DNA of 64,000 bases from Nanobdellota archaeon (GTDB lineage Archaea; Aenigmatarchaeota; Aenigmatarchaeia; QMZP01): the NCBI GenBank assembly GCA_018816245.1, contig JAHIVW010000006.1, forward strand, positions 1,647 through 65,646. The letters run 5' to 3'. Each line of letters begins with the position of its first letter. Within the stretch, counting starts at the first letter, position 1. Both the position numbers and the translations under genes were made by a program. Positions 1 to 8,874 of the stretch are shown piece by piece. Under the pieces are notes generated by a model that ran no database searches, was not told the origin of the DNA, and was given only the letters and a program-made list of their open reading frames with translations.

Positions 1-144
1 TTCAAATTAAAACCAGAAGAGGCCTTCATCGAAGAAACACATTACAAGACAGGACAAGGGGAAGAGCAAGACTTTAGTGGGAGATCATCAATGTATATAA
101 TCAAGTCAGAATATACAACAAAACACCGGTACGCAACAAAATAA

Positions 145-2817
145 CTACCGAACAAGCACTTCCCCCGGCCCCTTCGGACTAGAGAACAGCAGCGCCCCAC
201 CACACGTGCACGCCCCACTCAGCGGGACCTGTTCGAAGAACGCCGAGCATTTCTTGCACATGAACCCGTTGAACTCAGCAGCGGGAATTTCCCGCGGTCC
301 CTGCGGCTTCTTGTTCTTCTTCAAAATATCGAGCAGTCCCATCTGTCGTCCGTTTCCGAGGAGTTCCATCCGATCCACCCCGAGCACATCAAAAATCCGC
401 TCGAGCGGCGGCAACATCTGATTCTCAATATAATACGTTGCGTCAACTGGTAAGCCGTGTTCCTGGATATACACCGGGTCCTCCGCCCGATGCGATACCA
501 ACTGTGATCCCCGAACAATGACGTACGGAATCCGGTCTCCAACACCCGGTGCCTCTCCTGGTGAACGCGCCTCCATCTTTTTCACAAGCTCGACGTGCGG
601 CTGGATTCCCTTGTAGCTCTTTCCAGCCTTGGTCATTGTTTTTGTTACAATAAGCTTGTTGATAGGAATCCTTCCTTCATTCAAATCAATGACAATCCCT
701 TTCACATACGTCACCGCTTTCTTGATGTCCTGCTCCTTCAAGAGAATCTCAAGCACCTCTGCGACTACCTCTCCCACAAGTGGGCACCAGTCCCGCCGGA
801 CGGTCTCAATTCCTTTTGTTTCAATACTTTCCTTCCATCCATCTTCGGTGTGTTCAAACTTCCAGGCAGCATACCGTTTCTTCGCGAGCGGGAGGAACCT
901 TTTGAAAATCTTCTCAAACTCAAGTTCCATGACTCCTGGTAACTGGGTATTGATGTCAGTACAAATCTCTGTTGCTTTCTGTTCAATCTTGTCAAAATCC
1001 TCATCTTTCATCTTCACGAAAACAGAATCCGTGTCCCCGTACACCACAGGCAGCCCATACTTTTCCTGAACGGTTTTTGCGGTAAATTTGATGCTCTCCC
1101 TTCCAGAAGCAGTAATAGCGTTCGCGATATCGAGATTGTAAATCACTGCTCGCGCATATCCAAGGTATCCGTAAAATGCGTTCGCCATGATCTTGAGTGC
1201 CCACTGTTTTGCGTAGAGGACCCGATACAAATTGTCGTCCTGTATTTTCCTCAATTTCTTTTTAACTTTCCCACGGTCATCGAGGAGCGTTTTCAAAATT
1301 CCGGGGATAATTCCTTTCCGTACCTCTGGAGGCACAAAGTTTGCAGTGCCTGGCGGTTTGAGTGCGCCTTCAATCTTCTCATCTCCAATGATCAACGTTG
1401 TTGGACAAATGTTATAGGACAGAATGATTGACGGATACATGCTCTTAAAATCGAGTACAGCAACGTTCGAATGCAGCTCTCGGACCGGTTCGATGACAAA
1501 CCCTCCACCAAGCTCTTTCCGTTGCCGCGATTCGCGGTTGCCAATAGTCTTGTCCTGAGGTTTCAAAGGGAAGATGAATCCTTTCCGGTTGAATTCCCGG
1601 AGCAGAAAATTTTCGATCCGCGTAGTTTCCCCACCACTAAGAGAATCCTGCAACAGGATCCCGGACACCTTTGAAAGAGCGATGTACTTGTCCAATAACT
1701 TCTTCTTGAGAAGGAGATCCAATGCAAGTAAGGAGTCCTTCCGGCAGTAGGAAGCCAGCTTTTCAAACTGGGCAGCATCTCCCCGATAGTACTTCCCGAT
1801 TTCGGAATGTTTAACATCTTCTTTCTGCTCCCCGAGTAGATCTTCCGAAACCGCGTTCAAGCTGTATCGCTTCAACATGAAGTCCTTTTTCACCAACTGG
1901 AAGACGTCAGCAATGACGCGGCCAGTAACCGAATTCCGGTAGGTGATCCCAATCTTTTTGGAAAGTGCCTGTTTTGTTGTACACCTTCCAAATACTGCCC
2001 GCACACCACACTTTGCCATGCGTTCAAACACATATGGCAGATCGAAGTTGTTGATATTGAATCCGGTGATAATATCAGGATCATACTCATTTATGAACCG
2101 GTTGAATTCCTCAAGCAACTCCTTTTCATCAGCGCACGGATGGACACCTGCCCCCGGGCGAGTTGCCAAAACGAGGCTGTCCGATCCTTGAAATGGTTCA
2201 GAAAACACTAGAGAAATCATAACAACCGGGTCATACTTCGCTTCAGGAACTGTCCCCTCTTTTGTAGCAACACACTCGATATCGAATGACAAGACACGCA
2301 GTGGAACATCATCATAACAGACAATCGGCTCAACTGATTTCGCCGACAACATAATCTTACTGCGGACTGTGTTCGTATTTGTTGTCCCCCCTTCGATCCG
2401 GACCCAGTCCATCCCTTTGACGCCGTGGTCGCTCATGTACCGGTACTTGAACAAAATATCCGCCTCGTAGACTTTGAATCCTGCATCCAACACTCGCTGC
2501 CGAACCTCAGGTGTTTTTGCAGGATTCTGCAGGGTAACTTTCCAAACAGCTCGCTCCTGTTGATATCCCATCACCAACTTCCGCTTGATTTTTTGGACAC
2601 TCTGGACCTGCGGTTCCTCCTTCAACATCTCAATCGCATCTTCGCGGTCGACATAGAAGAAGGGTGAAAATTGATCATAGAATGCACATACTGTCTGGCT
2701 ATCACGGGTCTTTCCAAATATCCGGACAACCGGTTTTTCTTGAAGGAGAACATAATCCACATCAAGAACTTGGCAGTCCACAGAAACCATGCTGTCCTTA
2801 TAGGAAGGAAGAGTCAT
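145..2817 (-). CDS. polB: Family B DNA polymerase (archaeal PolB) with extra C-terminal Cys-rich tail
   Basis: ORF 145..2853. Exo I motif FDIECV, motif A DFKSMYPSII, motif B KIMANAFYGYLGY, motif C YGDTDS. The longest ORF starts at GTG 2853. ATG 2817 (MTLPSY) is preferred: GGAG lies about 8 nt upstream and a TATA-like CATTTATTTTTG (minus strand, 2857-2868) lies further up. Confidence 0.93.
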   Translation of the reverse strand: MTLPSYKDSMVSVDCQVLDVDYVLLQEKPVVRIFGKTRDSQTVCAFYDQFSPFFYVDREDAIEMLKEEPQVQSVQKIKRKLVMGYQQERAVWKVTLQNPAKTPEVRQRVLDAGFKVYEADILFKYRYMSDHGVKGMDWVRIEGGTTNTNTVRSKIMLSAKSVEPIVCYDDVPLRVLSFDIECVATKEGTVPEAKYDPVVMISLVFSEPFQGSDSLVLATRPGAGVHPCADEKELLEEFNRFINEYDPDIITGFNINNFDLPYVFERMAKCGVRAVFGRCTTKQALSKKIGITYRNSVTGRVIADVFQLVKKDFMLKRYSLNAVSEDLLGEQKEDVKHSEIGKYYRGDAAQFEKLASYCRKDSLLALDLLLKKKLLDKYIALSKVSGILLQDSLSGGETTRIENFLLREFNRKGFIFPLKPQDKTIGNRESRQRKELGGGFVIEPVRELHSNVAVLDFKSMYPSIILSYNICPTTLIIGDEKIEGALKPPGTANFVPPEVRKGIIPGILKTLLDDRGKVKKKLRKIQDDNLYRVLYAKQWALKIMANAFYGYLGYARAVIYNLDIANAITASGRESIKFTAKTVQEKYGLPVVYGDTDSVFVKMKDEDFDKIEQKATEICTDINTQLPGVMELEFEKIFKRFLPLAKKRYAAWKFEHTEDGWKESIETKGIETVRRDWCPLVGEVVAEVLEILLKEQDIKKAVTYVKGIVIDLNEGRIPINKLIVTKTMTKAGKSYKGIQPHVELVKKMEARSPGEAPGVGDRIPYVIVRGSQLVSHRAEDPVYIQEHGLPVDATYYIENQMLPPLERIFDVLGVDRMELLGNGRQMGLLDILKKNKKPQGPREIPAAEFNGFMCKKCSAFFEQVPLSGACTCGGALLFSSPKGPGEVLVR

Positions 2818-2918
2818 ATAGGGACTCCATAAAACACACGAATCTGTTGTCACTCAAAAATAAATGTACTTCACGATTCCTCCAAAAAAGCGTCTTTGAC
2901 CTGTGAAAAAGCCGCTAT

Positions 2919-2926
2919 CTTTAAAG
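2919..2926 (+). promoter_or_regulatory. TATA-like box (CTTTAAAG) about 28 nt upstream of ATG 2953
   Basis: TTTAAA at 2920-2925. The spacing fits an archaeal TATA box driving a leaderless or near-leaderless mRNA, and supports 2953 as the true start. Confidence 0.45.
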
Positions 2927-2952
2927 CGCCATGCGTCAAGATCTAAGCATTC

Positions 2953-4491
2953 ATGGTCCGGAAGAAATCCAAAAAAGTTGTTCCGAAAAAGTCAAAACAA
3001 AAGGTCAGAACATCAACACGCCTGAAGGCTGCAGCAAAACAGACCTCCAAGCGAGTATCATCAATCCGCAGTCCGAAAGGCCCGCACCGCCTCGATCAGT
3101 TCTTCAACCCACAATCAGTCGCAATCATTGGAGTGAGCCGCTCTCCTCACAAAGTGGGTCATGTGATCTTCCGCAACTTCATTGAGAACAAGTTCCAAGG
3201 AAAGATTATCCCCATCAACCCTGAAATCAATGAACTCCTTGGCTATAGAGTGTATCCAACCATCCTTGATGCTCCAGGTTCAATTGACCTTGCCGTTCTT
3301 GCAGTCCCTGCTCCTATCACACCCAAAATCCTTGAACAATGTGGAAAGAAGGGCGTCAAAAACGTTATTTTGATTGCTGGTGGATTCAAAGAGGTTGGAA
3401 ACGAAGACCTCGAAAAGAACGTCCAGCGAACCCTCATAAAATACAAAATGCGCGCCATCGGCGTTAATTGTCTTGGTATCTATGATACCACCAGCCTGGT
3501 TGATACGATCTTCCTTCCGAAGTATAAACTTGGTCGTCCGGAAAAGGGGAACATATCCTTCATGACACAATCAGGAGCTGTTGGAACTGCGGTCATGGAC
3601 TGGTTCGCCATGAAAGGCTACAAGATGGCGAAGTTCATATCCTATGGGAACGCAACTGACGTTGATGAGGCAGATATTCTCGAGTATCTCGGGCAAGACC
3701 CTGAAACGAAAGTCATCTGCGTCTATATTGAAGGTGTTCGTGAGGGCCGTAAATTCTTTAATATTGCAAAGGAAGTCGCCACACAAAAGCCCGTTATCAT
3801 TCTGAAAGGTGGCATCACTGATGTCGGGAACGCTGCAACAATGTCGCACACCGGTTCGCTTGCAGGATCGATTGAGATCTATAAGGCCGCATTCAAACAA
3901 GCCGGCATCATAGAGGCTGATGATATCGAACAACTGTTCGATTACGCGCGCCTCCTTTCTAAGGACATGCTCCCTGAAGGGAATCGTATTCAAATCATCA
4001 CTGATGGCGGCGGCTTCGGCGTCCTCGCTGTCGATTGGGCGGTCAAAACAGGATTGCAGCTCGCTCAACTGAGCCCGAAATCGGTCGCGACATTGAAAAA
4101 AGTCCTCCCTCACTACGCGGTCATTGGAAATCCAATCGACCTGGTTGGTGACGCGAGCGCAGAGCGCTATCGGGAAGCAATCAATGCTACTCTTGATGAT
4201 GAAAATATTGATGTCGTTGTCGTGATCGCGCTCCTTCAGGTCCCAACCCTTACCGCAGAAATCGCCGATGTTGTTGCCTCTGCAGCTGATCAGAAGAAAA
4301 AGCCGCTTATCGTCATCTCTGCTGGCGGCGATTTCAGCGAAACTATTAAGAAGAGCATGGAGGAATTTGGCGTTCCAACCTTTTCCTACCCTGAGCGGGC
4401 TCTTGAAGCTGTTTCCGCGCTCGTCAAGTTCAGCAAGATACAGAAGCAACCCACCAAACTGAAGCGTATCTCGAAAGCAGTCAAACGGTAG
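2953..4491 (+). CDS. Acetyl-CoA synthetase (ADP-forming) alpha subunit / CoA-binding succinyl-CoA-synthetase-like protein, with Lys-rich N-terminal tail
   Basis: 512 aa. FFNPQSVAIIGVSRSPHKVG is a CoA-binding Rossmann start. MSHTGSLAGS is the phospho-His loop typical of NDP-forming acyl-CoA synthetases. No ATP-grasp beta part is present in this ORF. Confidence 0.82.
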   Translation: MVRKKSKKVVPKKSKQKVRTSTRLKAAAKQTSKRVSSIRSPKGPHRLDQFFNPQSVAIIGVSRSPHKVGHVIFRNFIENKFQGKIIPINPEINELLGYRVYPTILDAPGSIDLAVLAVPAPITPKILEQCGKKGVKNVILIAGGFKEVGNEDLEKNVQRTLIKYKMRAIGVNCLGIYDTTSLVDTIFLPKYKLGRPEKGNISFMTQSGAVGTAVMDWFAMKGYKMAKFISYGNATDVDEADILEYLGQDPETKVICVYIEGVREGRKFFNIAKEVATQKPVIILKGGITDVGNAATMSHTGSLAGSIEIYKAAFKQAGIIEADDIEQLFDYARLLSKDMLPEGNRIQIITDGGGFGVLAVDWAVKTGLQLAQLSPKSVATLKKVLPHYAVIGNPIDLVGDASAERYREAINATLDDENIDVVVVIALLQVPTLTAEIADVVASAADQKKKPLIVISAGGDFSETIKKSMEEFGVPTFSYPERALEAVSALVKFSKIQKQPTKLKRISKAVKR

Positions 4492-4523
4492 AACCTTTTA
4501 TCTCCCTAATTCCAAGAAACGTG

Positions 4524-5987
4524 ATGGTGCAGTCCTCCAAGAACTACATCGACGGGGCATGGATTGCCTCGAAAACCAGAAAGACATTTGTAAGTACGAA
4601 CCCTGCAACAGGACAGGTCCTCGGCCGCTTCCAAGCAAGTGACGAACGAGATGTGACTGCAGCAATCCATGCAGCAGAGAAAGCGTTTTCGAAATGGCGA
4701 TTGGTTCCGGCACCGAAACGTGGTGAAATCCTCCTCCGCGTTGCCCAGCTGCTCCGTGCCAAGAAAGAAGAATTCTCCCGCCTCGTCACCATAGAAATGG
4801 GCAAAGTGATTGCTGAAGGTCGTGGTGATGTTCAGGAAGCGATTGACTTTCTTGAATACATTGCTGGCGAAGGCCGCCGGATGTTCGGCTACACCACTCC
4901 CTCCGAACTCCCGAACAAGTTTGCCATGTCAGTCCGCGATCCCATCGGTGTTTGTGGACTCATTACTCCATGGAACTTTCCCATTGCAATCCCCTCCTGG
5001 AAGATCGCGCCCGCACTCTTGTGCGGCAATACGATTGTTTTCAAACCAGCATCTGATACACCATTAAGTGCGCTTCGGTTCACTGAACTCTTTATCAAAG
5101 CAGGACTTCCCAAAGGCGTTTTGAATGTTGTCACTGGCGGTGGTACTGCTGTCGGTTCCCCACTCGTGAAACACAAAAACGTGCGTTGCATTTCCTTTAC
5201 CGGATCTCGTGACACCGGTGACTGGATCACCAAGAATGCAGGCATCAAGCGAGTAAGTCTGGAACTCGGTGGTAAAAATGTGATTATCGTGATGGACGAT
5301 GCTGACCTCAACCTTGCTGTCGACGGAGTCATTTGGGGAGGATATGGGACAACAGGGCAGCGCTGCACAGCAACGAGTCGTGTTGTTGTCCACCAAAAGG
5401 TAAAGGCGACCTTTGAACGCATGCTCCTCAACCGCACCAAGCGCCTCCGTCTCGGAAACGGAATCCACCCGAAAACAGACGTTGGTCCCATGATCAACAA
5501 GGCAGCGATTGAAAAATCTCAGCGCTATGTTGAGATTGGAAAGCAAGAAGGAGCAAAGCTTCTCACCGGTGGCAAACCCATTCGCGGTCGTGGTCACTTC
5601 TTCCAACCAACCTTGTTTACTAATACAACATCTGACATGCGGATCTGCCAGGAAGAGATCTTCGGTCCTGTTGTTTCCCTTATGGTTGCAAAAAACCTCG
5701 ACCATGCCATTGATCTTGCAAACAACATTACCTACGGTCTCTCAAGTGCCATCTACACCCGGAATGTCAACAATGCGTTCACCGCGATGCGGGATCTCGA
5801 ATCCGGTGTAATGTATGTCAACGCAAGTACAATTGGCGCGGAAGTTCACCTTCCCTTTGGAGGTATCAAGGGAACGGGGAATGGTGCTCGGGAAGGCGGC
5901 TGGACAGCTATCGAGGAATTCTCTGAGCATAAAGCAATCTATGTTGATTATTCCGGGACCCTCCAGCGAGCGCAGATTGATGTTTAA
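4524..5987 (+). CDS. NAD(P)+-dependent aldehyde dehydrogenase
   Basis: ORF 4521..5987 (GTG followed by ATG at 4524). ALDH motifs: ITPWNFP, FTGS, LELGGKN (catalytic Glu), GQRCTA (catalytic Cys), EEIFGPV. A TATA-like ACCTTTTATC lies about 25 nt upstream. Confidence 0.9.
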   Translation: MVQSSKNYIDGAWIASKTRKTFVSTNPATGQVLGRFQASDERDVTAAIHAAEKAFSKWRLVPAPKRGEILLRVAQLLRAKKEEFSRLVTIEMGKVIAEGRGDVQEAIDFLEYIAGEGRRMFGYTTPSELPNKFAMSVRDPIGVCGLITPWNFPIAIPSWKIAPALLCGNTIVFKPASDTPLSALRFTELFIKAGLPKGVLNVVTGGGTAVGSPLVKHKNVRCISFTGSRDTGDWITKNAGIKRVSLELGGKNVIIVMDDADLNLAVDGVIWGGYGTTGQRCTATSRVVVHQKVKATFERMLLNRTKRLRLGNGIHPKTDVGPMINKAAIEKSQRYVEIGKQEGAKLLTGGKPIRGRGHFFQPTLFTNTTSDMRICQEEIFGPVVSLMVAKNLDHAIDLANNITYGLSSAIYTRNVNNAFTAMRDLESGVMYVNASTIGAEVHLPFGGIKGTGNGAREGGWTAIEEFSEHKAIYVDYSGTLQRAQIDV

Positions 5988-6009
5988 AGGTTTCAAAGAA
6001 AAAGACAAC

Positions 6010-6672
6010 ATGACCCGTGTTCTTTCCCTTGGTGGTTCCCTCATTGTCCCGGAGAAGATTGATACAGCCTTTCTGCAATCCTTCACAACACTGTTGAAGA
6101 AGTACACCAAGAAGGAGAAAATCATCCTCGTTTGTGGCGGTGGAGCAACTTGCCGACAGTATCAAAACGCAGCCCGAACCCTTGGTATTGCAAACAAGAT
6201 AATCCTTGACCGGATCGGCATTGCTGCAACACACCTCAATGCTCAGTTACTCCATGCTTTGTTTCCTGAGGCGTATCCATCAGTCGTTACCAATCAAAAA
6301 CTTCCTCACGACTGGGACCAGCAACTCCTTATTGCCGGTGGAGCGATTCCTGGACAATCAACAGATCAAATTGCTGTTGAGCTTGCAAAACAAGCCGGCG
6401 CAACAACCATCTACAACCTCACGAATACAATCGTCTATGATGCAGATCCCAAGAAGAACCCTACCGCAAAACCTCTTCAAATCATTTCGTGGAACAAGTA
6501 TCTCACCATTATTGGAGATTACTGGGAACCTGGCCGTTCCACACCTTTCGACCCTGTTGCGGCAAACGCTGCGAAAGATGCTGGAATCACTGTTCATATT
6601 GTGGATGCGCGAGATCCTGTGACGATTGAAGCGTGTCTCACTGGGACGCCTTCCGGAACAACTATCAGCTAA
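6010..6672 (+). CDS. pyrH: UMP kinase, archaeal type (amino-acid kinase fold)
   Basis: The in-frame ORF starts at 5815 but overlaps the ALDH gene. MTRVLSLGGSLIVPEK matches the usual N-terminus (M-x-x-V-x-x-LGGS). Also VCGGGATCRQY, IAGGAIPGQSTD and DPVAANAAKDAGI. An alternative start is ATG 5980. Confidence 0.85.
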   Translation: MTRVLSLGGSLIVPEKIDTAFLQSFTTLLKKYTKKEKIILVCGGGATCRQYQNAARTLGIANKIILDRIGIAATHLNAQLLHALFPEAYPSVVTNQKLPHDWDQQLLIAGGAIPGQSTDQIAVELAKQAGATTIYNLTNTIVYDADPKKNPTAKPLQIISWNKYLTIIGDYWEPGRSTPFDPVAANAAKDAGITVHIVDARDPVTIEACLTGTPSGTTIS

Positions 6673-6697
6673 ATAGTTCTTCTTCCAAAAGAATATC

Positions 6698-7540
6698 ATG
6701 TTCACGGTCAACGCCAGATATGTCCGGACATTCTTTCCTCGGCGCCCTGAGTGGAGTCATAAGGGTGATTTTGGCAGGCTCCTTGTGATTGGCGGTTCCC
6801 GACGGTATACCGGTGCAATAGCACTCAATGCACTAGCAGCACTTCGGACTGGAACAGATTACCTTACAATCATGGCACCGCGCCGTGCAGCAGATATTGC
6901 TGCATCATTCACACCTGACCTGATAGCTGAACCAGTAAGTGCTGATTACCTCACTCCAACCCACCTCCGACAGGCACTCGAACTCGCAAAAGGAAATGAT
7001 GCTGTTCTTATCGGTTGTGGAACAGAGCGCCGACCGCAAACATTCACCTTCATTCAGGGGTTTGTAGCACGATCCCCGGTTCCGGTAGTAATCGATGATG
7101 ACGGAATTTTTGCTGTTGCTGCAAAACGTTCGATAATAAAGAAAACCCACATTTTTACTCCACAGGCACACGAATTCCAGATCCTTTCTGGTGTGCGTGT
7201 TGACAACACAATACCTAACCGTGTTGCTGCTGTGGAAGGATTTGTGAAAAAATACCCATGTACCCTTCTTCTCAAAGGTCATCATGATGTCATGAGCGAT
7301 GGCAACGAAACTGCAGTGAACAAAACAGGAAACGCCTTCATGACGAAGGCAGGAAACGGATGTGTGCTCGCAGGCGTTGTCGGTTCGCTGCTCAGCAGAC
7401 AAGCAACACCATTTGAGGCCGCAGCTGCAGGATCCTTTATCATGGGAACTGCTGGCGTCCGCGCAACGAGGCGCCAGGGACCAGGAACCCTTGCAAGTGA
7501 TATTATTAATGAACTCCAATATGTTGTGGGGGGTTCATGA
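6698..7540 (+). CDS. nnrD: ADP-dependent NAD(P)H-hydrate dehydratase (YjeF C-terminal / carbohydrate-kinase family)
   Basis: 280 aa. HKGDFGRLLVIGGSRRYTGAIALNALAALRTGTDY and the C-terminal GNGCVLAGVVGSLL are characteristic of Nnr/YjeF_C. Confidence 0.82.
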   Translation: MFTVNARYVRTFFPRRPEWSHKGDFGRLLVIGGSRRYTGAIALNALAALRTGTDYLTIMAPRRAADIAASFTPDLIAEPVSADYLTPTHLRQALELAKGNDAVLIGCGTERRPQTFTFIQGFVARSPVPVVIDDDGIFAVAAKRSIIKKTHIFTPQAHEFQILSGVRVDNTIPNRVAAVEGFVKKYPCTLLLKGHHDVMSDGNETAVNKTGNAFMTKAGNGCVLAGVVGSLLSRQATPFEAAAAGSFIMGTAGVRATRRQGPGTLASDIINELQYVVGGS

Positions 7541-8874
7541 CAGTACCAATCCGCGTCTTAATTATGGGAGCAGCAGGGCGCGACTTCCATAACTTCAACG
7601 TTACCTTTAGGAATAATCACCATTACACAGTTATCTGTTTCACTGCTGCGCAAATTTCCGGCATTGCGAATCGGACCTATCCACGGGTGCTTGCAGGAAA
7701 ACGCTATCCAAAAGGGATTCCAATTTATCCGGAAACAGAGCTCGAAACATTAATCAAAACAAAGAAGATTCAACAAGTCGTGCTCGCCTACTCCGATTTG
7801 CCCCATACCGAGGTTATGCACAAGGCATCCCGTGTCCTTGCAACCGGTGCTGACTTTGTCCTCCTCGGTCCTGATGCGACCATGCTGACGAGCAAGAAGC
7901 CAGTGATCGCGGTCACAGCAGTACGGACCGGCGCCGGGAAGAGCCAGACAACCCGCTTCATCTGTCGCGCCCTTCGAAAACGTGGGTTCCGTGTTGTGGC
8001 TATCCGGCACCCCATGCCGTACGGGAATCTCGAAGACCAGATCATGCAGCGCTTTACCGGTTATGATGATTTGGACGAACAGAACACAACCATCGAGGAA
8101 CGGGAAGAATATGAGCCCCTAATCGACGAAGGCATCATTGTGTACGCCGGTGTTGATTACGAAAAGATCCTTCGTTCCGCAGAAAAAGAAGCTGATGTGA
8201 TCGTCTGGGATGGCGGGAATAATGATTTCCCGTTCTACAGACCTGATCTCCACATCGTCATCTGCGATCCGCATCGTCCTGGACACGAGCTGCTCTACCA
8301 TCCTGGTGAAACAAACTTCCGAATGGCGAACATTGCTATTATCAATAAGGAAAAATCCGCAAAACATGAAAATGTTGAGATTATTAAACAAAATCTCAAA
8401 GCAGTAAACCCGAAGGCCCTTGTTATTGATGCCGATTCCTTGATCTCGGTTTCCGATCCAAACGAAATCCGCCACCGGAAGGTGCTGGTTGTCGAAGACG
8501 GACCGACCTTGACGCACGGTGGTATGGCGTTCGGCGCCGGGACGCTTGCTGCAAAACAGTACCGAGGAACAATCGTTGATCCTCGTCCGCACTTGACCGG
8601 TTCAATTAAAGAAATATACAACAACTATCCCCATCTTGGTATGATTCTCCCGGCGATGGGCTATTCGAAGGAACAACTCAAAGAACTCGAAACAATCATT
8701 AACAACACCCCCTGTGACGCAGTTGTTGCAGGAACACCAATAGATCTTCGCCGTGTTCTCAAAACAAATAAACCAATCGTCCGCGTCCGTTATGAACTCG
8801 TGGAGCTCGGCCACAACGCGCTCATGACCCAAATCATGAAGGTTGTCAAGAAGAATCCTTTGAAAACTCGGTAA
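7537..8874 (+). CDS. COG2403-family P-loop GTPase (cyclic 2,3-diphosphoglycerate synthetase-related)
   Basis: 445 aa. The N-terminus RVLIMGAAGRDFHNFNVTFRNN, then YPKGIPIYPE and the P-loop AVRTGAGKSQTT, are as remembered for this family. The start overlaps the nnrD stop by 4 nt. Confidence 0.72.
   Translation: MTVPIRVLIMGAAGRDFHNFNVTFRNNHHYTVICFTAAQISGIANRTYPRVLAGKRYPKGIPIYPETELETLIKTKKIQQVVLAYSDLPHTEVMHKASRVLATGADFVLLGPDATMLTSKKPVIAVTAVRTGAGKSQTTRFICRALRKRGFRVVAIRHPMPYGNLEDQIMQRFTGYDDLDEQNTTIEEREEYEPLIDEGIIVYAGVDYEKILRSAEKEADVIVWDGGNNDFPFYRPDLHIVICDPHRPGHELLYHPGETNFRMANIAIINKEKSAKHENVEIIKQNLKAVNPKALVIDADSLISVSDPNEIRHRKVLVVEDGPTLTHGGMAFGAGTLAAKQYRGTIVDPRPHLTGSIKEIYNNYPHLGMILPAMGYSKEQLKELETIINNTPCDAVVAGTPIDLRRVLKTNKPIVRVRYELVELGHNALMTQIMKVVKKNPLKTR

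Noticed and set aside
1-144. An open frame running from the window edge to TAA at 142-144 (…SMYIIKSEYTTKHRYATK*). It is possibly the 3' end of a plus-strand gene convergent with polB.
   Set aside because: Only 47 codons are visible, there is no recognisable motif, and nothing confirms it is coding. It cannot be supported from this window.
145-2817. An intein or other large insertion in PolB, given its 890-aa length.
   Set aside because: The polymerase motifs are contiguous and normally spaced, and there are no intein blocks (for example a C-terminal HN followed by a Cys/Ser/Thr junction). The extra length is explained by the C-terminal Cys-rich tail.
3571-4449. A 292-aa ORF antisense to the acetyl-CoA synthetase gene. 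Similar long antisense ORFs lie at 4889..5500, 5064..5705, 10195..11139, 13667..14245, 29612..30166, 39620..40222, 62113..63360 and 62859..63527.
   Set aside because: Each lies entirely within a gene that has strong family motifs on the other strand, and its translation is low-complexity or motif-free. These are typical shadow ORFs of mid-GC coding DNA.
5815-6009. Long 5' extensions of ORF-track entries that overlap upstream genes: UMP kinase 5815, GT4 27907, GT4 31349, lipobox paralogs 17750 and 18852, UGDH 53641.
   Set aside because: The extensions overlap well-supported neighbouring genes or promoters and lack conserved N-terminal motifs. Downstream ATGs restore family-typical N-termini.
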